Source: Eledone cirrhosa (lineage: Eukaryota). Taken from it: DNA of 64,000 nucleotides. A program made the translations under genes and the position numbers. Under the pieces are notes generated by a model. It searched no databases. It saw only the letters and a program-made list of their open reading frames with translations, and had not been told where the DNA came from. This document shows positions 57,551-64,000 of the stretch, piece after piece. The DNA is taken from positions 72,974,001 through 73,038,000 of the forward strand of contig OZ024745.1 in assembly GCA_964016885.1 (NCBI GenBank), given 5' to 3'. Position 1 is the first letter of the stretch, and every line of letters begins with the position of its first letter.

Positions 57551-57596
57551 TAATTGCCTTATGTTGTTTATTAGATAACTATATATATATATATAT

Positions 57597-60500
57597 TTAT
57601 TAAAATAAGAGATTAAAGTTTAAGCAAAGAATTGCTGCTTTCACCCTTAACAGGATCTTCTGAAACTAGAAAAGTCAATCTGTGAACGCAGAAGTAAATA
57701 TTTCGTAAAACCTTGCAACCGAAGGAAAACAGGAAGACGATACTTTGGTTCGTGAATACATTCCCTAGCAATGAACGGAAAAAAGCGAAGATATAACGTC
57801 ATTCTGTGGAGCAATGAGAACAAATACATGCAAAGACAAAACCATGTCTATGGTATAAAAGAAGTCGTAGACTAATATTCTATATAGGAAACCAAATGAT
57901 TCTCGGCTTCAGAGTTAAGGATAATGCAAATAAATTAGTAGAACAACAATGACAGAGGTATTTATAATTAAATAAATACATACACGCATCTATATACGTA
58001 CATACACAGGCATACGCAAAACACACGCCATGCATGCACGTACACATAAACAGGTGCACACATACATAAATCCACGCGACACCTATACCCGAACACATGA
58101 ATGTATAAACCAAATACACAGTAAAAAAATGTGTGTGTGCGTAAATATACACACATAAATATGCATATAATGCACGCGCACACATACCTACAGGTAAAAA
58201 CACATATGTTCACCAAACGTACATCAACCAAAACACAATGTACACATATACACACCTTACATACGTGCAAACATACATACGCACACAAACACAAAATACA
58301 CATTTACACATAACCATATACACATATACCCGTATATATAATATAATATATACACCTATAACAAATACAAGCATATATACGTACGAGAAAGTATACGTAC
58401 CTTCACAAAACATACAGGTAAGGTATACTTACCTATACAAATAAGTAATGGGATAAACATAAAATATACTTAGCTACCACATCAAGACGTAAATTATCCG
58501 CATATTGTTCGTACTATCCATTAGGGTATAAAGTGGGGCTGTACAGGAAAGTTTTATGCAATTTGTGTTTACAAGCCGAAATTGCCTCAGATTTTTGTTT
58601 AAGATGTGGTCATTAGCGTAGGGTATTTTCCAGGGCTTCAGCGGCGCAAAGATCACAAGGTCTTTTATTTCTGTTATACGATCTAGCCCTAGCTAGGATG
58701 TCCCAGGGTAACCTATATTGGGTGTGGTTGTCTTTTAGACTCCAGATATAAGTTGAAAGTGACGTCATATTCCTTCTTAAAGGGTTAATAAAAGAGTGGG
58801 TGTGCATGTAAAGACACTGATTGAATCTATTGGCGGTTAACCCTATGTAGGCCCTACGGGATGTGGGTGTTTTGACCTTACATTTGTATACAATGTTACT
58901 GGAGAAGCATTTCCCGGATAGAGGGCAGTCAGCCTGATTCCTACAATTACAGTTTGTGCTAGCTACAGTGTTGCACGTGTTCCTACGGCTAGGTAATTTA
59001 GCTAAATTTGAAGCAGTGGTGTTATGAGTAAGGTTAGGAGTCGTAGAGTAAGATATTTTGATGGTATTTCTATTAAAAATGTTATTATATTTATGTGCTA
59101 AGGGGAAATGCTTCTTAATAAGGGAGAGAAAGTTTTAGCTAATGGTGTGGCCACCTCCATATTATATGGTGGGTTATAATGCGTCGGGATCTATTTTTCC
59201 TTGGTCTATGCTCATACTTGGTATATGCTACCTTATCGATAAATCCACTCCGAGCAAGAGCTTCATTGTAATATGTGGAATGGTCGGTGAAAATATGCTC
59301 GTTTGTAGATAAACGGGAAAGCCGCAAAGAAACGTTTCTTATCAGCTTCTTGGTTATGTTGGCAGGATGGTTAGAATGCTTACGTATGTAATTAAGTGTA
59401 GCATTCGGCTTTCTATACGGGTAATGTAAGCCATTCAACAAATTGAGGGTAACGTCGAGGTAATTAACGACTGAGAAGTTAGCCTCAACCTGTATGGAGA
59501 GGTTGAAGCCTTTAAAGAAGACTGAGTTATTTTCTAAACTTGTCGTGGACCGCAATTTGTCATGGACAAAAGATCGTCACCACAGTACAAACCACCGCCC
59601 ACATTGGGGAATTCTTCCTTGATAGAGAAAAGAATGAAAAAGCCGATAAGATCAGTAACCTCCTCCGAATCACTGGCGCCCATACTCACATCGAATGGGG
59701 TACTATTAGATTGTTTTATCCAAATAGAGTCGTCGAAATTAATCACCGACTTACGGGCATTGAGGATGACATCAACTTTGAAATCCTTAACCACCATGAG
59801 CGTTTTAGTGAAATTTATAGCTCTAAGAAGACGTGGCAAAGTGATGGAGGAGTAGTAGTTATTGATGTCGAATTGGATAAAACGGCAATGTTCCTTGCTG
59901 CATATGCCATTGAACCAATCAATCACCACGAAAGAATTATTCCACAGTGCAAGAGGGGCCAAGCTTCTAATTTCAGGTATAATTTCGCCAACAACGCCTC
60001 TATTTGGCTAATTAACCCTACGAAGTCTGATTTAGGTAGACTTAGTTAAAGGATTTTAAATAGAATTATACCTGAAATTAGAAGCTTGACCCCTCTTGCA
60101 GTGTGCGTGTGCGTTATATGCGTATTTATGTGTGTATATTTATATACGTTTATATAATTATATGTATATATACACACACATACATATACATTTTTTTAAT
60201 GTGTATTTCGTTTATACGTTCGTATGTGTGCGGGTACATGTGTCGGGCGGATTTATGTATATGTGCACCTGTTTATGTGTACGTGCATGCATGGCGTGTG
60301 TTTTGCGTATGCCTGTGTATGTACGTATATAGAGGCGTGTATGTATATATTTAATTATTTGATTTTAATTACCTCTGCCATTGTCGTTCTACTAATTTAT
60401 TTACATTATCCTTAACTCTGAAGCCGAGAATCATTCGGTTTCCTATATAGAATATTAGTCTACAACTTCATTTATACCATAAACGTGGTTTTGTCTTTGC

Positions 60501-60737
60501 AGGTATTCGTTCTCATCGCTTCACACAACGACATTTTATCTTCACTTTTTTCAGTTCATTGCCAGAGAACGTCTTCACCAACAAAAGTATCGTCTTCTTG
60601 TTTTCTTTCGGTTGCAACGTTTTTCGAAATATTTGCTTCTGCGTTCACAGATTGATTTTGTTAGTTTCAGAAGATCCCGTTAAGGGTGAAAGCTGCGATT
60701 CTTTGCTTAAATTTTAATCTGTTATTTTAATAAATAT
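57597..60737 (-). mobile_element. Penelope-like element (Naiad type, RT + C-terminal GIY-YIG), decayed, with ~600-bp inverted terminal pLTR copies
   Basis: FDINNYYSSI, MGASD, YCGDD, VNYLDVTLNL..PYRKPN..SNHP, CNCRNQADCPLSGKC..NIVYKC..YIGLT, CDLC, LNK/SEAISACKH; arms 57597-58190 and 60100-60737. Confidence 0.9.
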
Positions 60738-61059
60738 TTGCTCTAGGGTTCTTATACATTTGATATATATTTATCCTTATCGAGCCCTCTTTGGATTTTA
60801 GTCTTCAAATTTATTATTATTACTATATATATATATAGAGAGAGAGAGAGCAAAAACTCAAAATTGTACACCATTAGTAAATCTTTTTAGTTCACTATAA
60901 TTTGACCATTAGATTTTGTTTCATTGGATTTCTGATTTATTATATCACGTGTATAATATAATGTACCAGTTCAATGTTAGGATCAATTCTCTCTCCCTCT
61001 CTTTCTGTCTGAAAGTAATCAGCTGTGTTCAGACCTAGAGAGGAATGGGCTAGATTTAA

Positions 61060-61291
61060 CCCTTTTATTACCATATTTCTAATGAAAGACTGCATGTGTG
61101 ATTCAAATAATTTTGAAAATAATCAAGTGTTTCGAAGGATTTAGTTGTATAACTAACTTTCTCATTATTAAGCTGGTGTTTGAAACAAAATGTTCCTTTC
61201 ATAAAATTATGAAATAATAAACCCTCTAAAAACAAAAGGATTACTGCATCATGAAATCAAAAGCAGTCTTATACTGGTAGGATCAAAAGGG
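61060..61291. mobile_element. piggyBac-type MITE (degenerate)
   Basis: TTAA|CCCTTTT...AAAAGGG|TGAA. Confidence 0.55.
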
Positions 61292-62529
61292 TGAAAATGC
61301 CCTCTGAATCCATCAGGAGTTCAGAACCCTTCGCTAATAAGAATATACTTTTTCAGACTATATTAACCTCATCTATACAGATGAAACATATAAATCATAT
61401 TTACATCTGCACAAGATTTTGATCATTTTCAACATTAATTATCATTTTCCTTTATAAGATGTGTATATAGTACCTAACTAGATTCAAATTAGCAATATTT
61501 ATGAATCTAGTTCAGGTAGAAAATATGGAGACAATTTTATCTCTAAATACCAGGCTAATACTCCTAAAATTAACATCTCAAACATATAGTATACATGGTT
61601 GTAAGCAGAGAAAAAGAGATGGAAAAATGGTAATATACACTCATGATTTATTAATTATTAAACCAGCTATTTTAAATGTATTGATTGTGCAGATTGAGTT
61701 TATTTCAAGTAACTATGTCAGAAACAGGGCATTTGACACATTTCTATACTAACAATGTAAAACAATAACAAATACAAATGGAGGAAATCCTTAAAACTAC
61801 ACCAAAGTTCACAATCTTTGTCAACCTTTCTAATAAATTCAATTACAAGTTGACATTTCACTGTCGTACTGTTATGTTTAAAATAGTGGACCTTTAGAGA
61901 TGAATTTGTTGAATCCTACTGAAGTTTTAAACATTATTCTTTATACACTATACCAGACAAACTCATAAATAAGTTGCAGTTTTTTTACTAAAACAAATAA
62001 AACATCAGGTTTGAAAAGCTGCGTAATATTTATCTATCAAACTTTGTTCTGAGTGAGATTTACAGAATTCTTTCTCTCTCTCACACAAGCACACACACAC
62101 AGGCAAATGATCGAAAATAGAAAGGGTTAGTCATGTCACTAATTGACCGTTGGTCTTTATGAATATCAACATTATAATCAAATATATGTTGATGATATCG
62201 AGTGAAAAAATAAAAATGAGTTCAACATGTGTAAAATATATATGTTTAGTTTTCTATTAATCAGCTATAATCCTAATGTTCAATAGACTCTTGCTACATA
62301 TACTGTCAATTAGGAGTAGTGATTCAAAAGCACTGGTTGGTCTGCTTCTTTGGGCATAAAAAATATTGTTCATTATGGCATTTAAGACTTTGAGTTGATA
62401 TTAATTAAATTAATTAATTAATTTGCAAGCAGTATTCATGAAAAAGTGTATACTATTTATGTATGGTTCAAATCCTGAAGTCAAAATACAAAATCTGTAA
62501 AAATAAACAAACCTCAGGCTGGAAAAAAA

Positions 62530-63290
62530 TTACATATTTGGTAGGGTTCAAATGCTAATCCTCTTCAAAGTAGACCCCTTGTGTTTCCACAGAGCCCAGC
62601 AATTCTTCCACTATTTGAAGCATATGTGAAATGTTTCTTCTAGAATAGCTCTCAGCTCTGCTGTTACTGTCTCTCTCAAAGCAGGAAACTTTCAGTGGTA
62701 TCTTCATTTTGCAGGGCAACCTGAAGTTAAATGGGGCCATATTTGGAGAGGAGGGAGGATGATGAATGAGAAACGTGCTTTTTTGAGGGGCAAGAAATCT
62801 TGGATCAGCTGCCGAATGAACTGAGACATTGTCATTGTGCATATGCCAGGATTCTGAGGCTCACAAATCCTGTCTCTTGTGCTGAACTGCATCACAATGA
62901 TGTTGGAGGACTTCTTCATAGTAACCCTTTGTAACTATTTGTCCTTCTGATGCATATTCCTGATGCATAACATTTCAGTCATCAAATATTTAGCATCAGC
63001 TTGATTTTGATTTGTATCTGATGTGCTTTTGTGAGTCTTGGTGACATTGGATGCTTTCATTGTGATGACTCAGCTCTGATGTCCAAGTCGTACTATACAC
63101 CTATATCTCATCTTCAGTTATCACAGTATTCAGGAACTCAGGATCCAGGTCCTTCATAACCTTAAGATGAAGTTATTGTTGTTCCTGAGAAAGCAACATG
63201 GTTATAAATTTCACTTTCACTCTGTGAATGCCCAAATTTTCCTTTAAAATTGAATGTTGAGAATCTTTACTGATTTCCCACACTATCACC
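62530..63290 (-). mobile_element. Mariner transposase remnant
   Basis: HNDNVSVH..HPPSSPNMAPFNF resembles HDNA..H and HPPYSPDLAPxDF. Confidence 0.8.
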
Positions 63291-63294
63291 CTTT

Positions 63295-63760
63295 TAACAC
63301 TTATTTCACCCTACTTGCATGGAAGGGCAGTTGTCTTCTCCAGCACTGTGCATCACATTCCATTGTTATCCCTATTGTGAGGTTTAGCTTTTTGATGTTA
63401 TCTTTCACCAATTTATCCTAGGTTTTCCTCTTCCACAGTTCCATCTACTTTGTGTGACCTGAACATCTTTATATAGCTAACAACTTCCACAAGCATCACA
63501 TATCCATAGGAGGGTCCTACATCTGATCCTGCTTAATTTCAGTTCTTCTCTCAACACAGTAATGATTTATCATTTAAGTAAACTTTCATGGCCTGATCCA
63601 TCAACTTCATGCCTCAACAGTTTCTTCTCTTTGCCTTTGTAGCTATGCTAGTCATTGGGTATGACATTACCTAATATACTATACGTGATGATAACATGTT
63701 ACCTGCCATACTGGATATTTTCAGCATCTCAGGGACTATCTCAGATTGTTGAAATCAATT
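63295..63760 (-). mobile_element. Degenerate RTE fragment
   Basis: Reverse strand resembles CY.G..LLDQAMK and GRGKPR segments of the other RTE copies. Confidence 0.5.
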
Positions 63761-63794
63761 TGTGGAGAAGAGGGAAATGACACAAAACATTTAC

Positions 63795-63860
63795 CTGTGT
63801 GAAGAAGGCAAGTACAAATAAAACTCTTAGCAGAAACAACTTTGGCTGCCTATCAGCCAT
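63795..63860 (-). CDS. First coding exon (signal peptide) of a large multi-FN3 cell-surface or secreted protein
   Basis: Minus strand ATG at 63860 gives MADRQPKLFLLRVLFVLAFFTQ (22 codons, basic N-region plus hydrophobic core), then donor CAG|GTAAAT in phase 0. An upstream acceptor tttcag| at 63918 implies a 5'UTR part and a further exon beyond the window. Phase matches the exon at 46946-47168. Confidence 0.8.
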
Positions 63861-64000
63861 ACTCTCCTCCTTTGATGGTCACTTGGGCAATGGAACTACC
63901 TCAGAAATATTGAAAACCCTGAAACATTCAATGAAAGAAACAATAACATTTTAACATTATTAAGAAATGTATCAAACCATAAATAAAATAAAAGTAAATG

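Noticed and set aside
58540-58960. Selenocysteine (TGA) recoding, reported for some Naiad elements
   Set aside because: The conserved Cys positions I could read are TGT/TGC, and the ORF breaks look like ordinary decay.
60666-60700. Hammerhead in the Naiad pLTR (CAGAAGA..GGGT-GAAAG), mirrored at ~57640-57665
   Set aside because: Core is CAGA rather than CTGA in both arms, and there is no convincing helix I or cleavage triplet; left uncalled.

Overview
AT-rich, repeat-dense eukaryotic DNA; the SINE, RTE, Penelope and (TA)n landscape suggests an invertebrate, probably an octopus or other cephalopod (inference). One protein-coding gene crosses the window on the minus strand. It has a signal-peptide exon (63795-63860), a first FN3 exon (46946-47168), a ~17 kb tandem array of 14 near-identical symmetric phase 1-1 FN3 exons (29208-45564), and three further half-FN3 exons (26041-26164, 20873-20988, 17113-17243). 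All splice in frame; the 3' end of the gene was not found. An all-FN3 ectodomain resembles R3-type receptor tyrosine phosphatases, but identity cannot be confirmed here. The array has two exon types in a 6114-bp higher-order repeat; they differ almost only by nonsynonymous changes that toggle N-glycosylation sequons. The introns hold RTE LINEs (one 5'-inverted with a TSD), CR1 and CRE fragments, tRNA-SINEs, piggyBac-type MITEs, a mariner remnant and a Naiad-type Penelope element. They also hold at least six type I hammerhead ribozyme motifs in short (TA)n-embedded, often fold-back, Penelope-like elements. The long Y/I-rich ORFs in the track are microsatellite artefacts. All structures were read by eye, without alignment or folding software.
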